A stretch of 64,000 nt of DNA, taken from an uncultured Methanosarcinales archaeon (GTDB lineage Archaea > Nanobdellota > Nanobdellia > Woesearchaeales > ARS49). Shown here one piece after another: positions 63,865 through 64,000 of this stretch. The notes below the pieces were generated by a model, which was not told where the DNA came from, ran no database searches, and saw only the letters and a list, made by a program, of their open reading frames with translations. The position numbers and the translations under genes are program-made. Position 1 is the stretch's first letter. Every line of letters begins with the position of its first letter. Location of the stretch: positions 32,001 to 96,000 of the forward strand of contig CAZWVL010000002.1 of NCBI GenBank assembly GCA_964637115.1, in the 5' to 3' direction.

Positions 63865-64000
63865 AACGAGCTTTTAACGCTTCCTCGTGCATGCCAACAA
63901 GATCATAAGCTGCAGAAGCCATCCTGAACTTTCTTTGCAATGCGTACAAGTTTGCCAGCATAATCACTGCTGAACGCAAGTCACGGCCACGCAATTTAGG
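63851..64000 (-). CDS. 3' end of a gene entering from outside the window (helical, TPR-like)
   Basis: Open frame PKLRGRDLRSAVIMLANLYALQRKFRMASAAYDLVGMHEEALKARSRLS*. Confidence 0.45.
   Translation of the reverse strand, partial: PKLRGRDLRSAVIMLANLYALQRKFRMASAAYDLVGMHEEALKARSRLS

Noticed and set aside
1-64000. Alternative genetic code
   Set aside because: Conserved proteins end at TAA, TAG or TGA at expected lengths and contain no internal stops under code 11.

Overview
A gene-dense archaeal chromosome segment, most consistent with a DPANN (Woesearchaeota-like) genome. This is inferred from archaeal markers (TFS, aEF-1beta, uS15, Dph5, NucS, CarS, NMD3-like, Hel308-like, FtsZ), TATA-box promoters and many short lipoproteins. 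It holds about 80 CDS and six intronless tRNAs (Trp, Gln x2, Arg, Ile, Asn), with no rRNA, CRISPR, integrase or transposase. Housekeeping content covers DNA repair and replication (PolX, UDG, TopA, NucS, XPD, ligase), translation, cell division and partial lipid metabolism. The most interesting signals are: (1) an AT-rich cassette next to tRNA-Arg and an att-like duplication, carrying an NYH-type cyclodipeptide synthase divergent from a tandem Lrp/AsnC regulator and followed by a GGDEF-like protein; (2) a dockerin-tailed subtilisin divergently paired with a membrane-anchored cohesin; (3) a prfB-like CTT-TGA-C +1 frameshift candidate joining a ChlI-like AAA+ ORF to a vWA ORF; (4) a leader with a leaderless uORF and two mutually exclusive hairpins, one of which hides the SD of a secreted protein; (5) apparently split or partial genes (Hel308 without its first RecA domain, Dph2 N-terminus only, NMD3 C-terminus only); (6) a recurrent TCGACGA-A-rich promoter motif and dispersed REP-like hairpins. 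All family assignments come from motifs recognised by eye; no database search was run.
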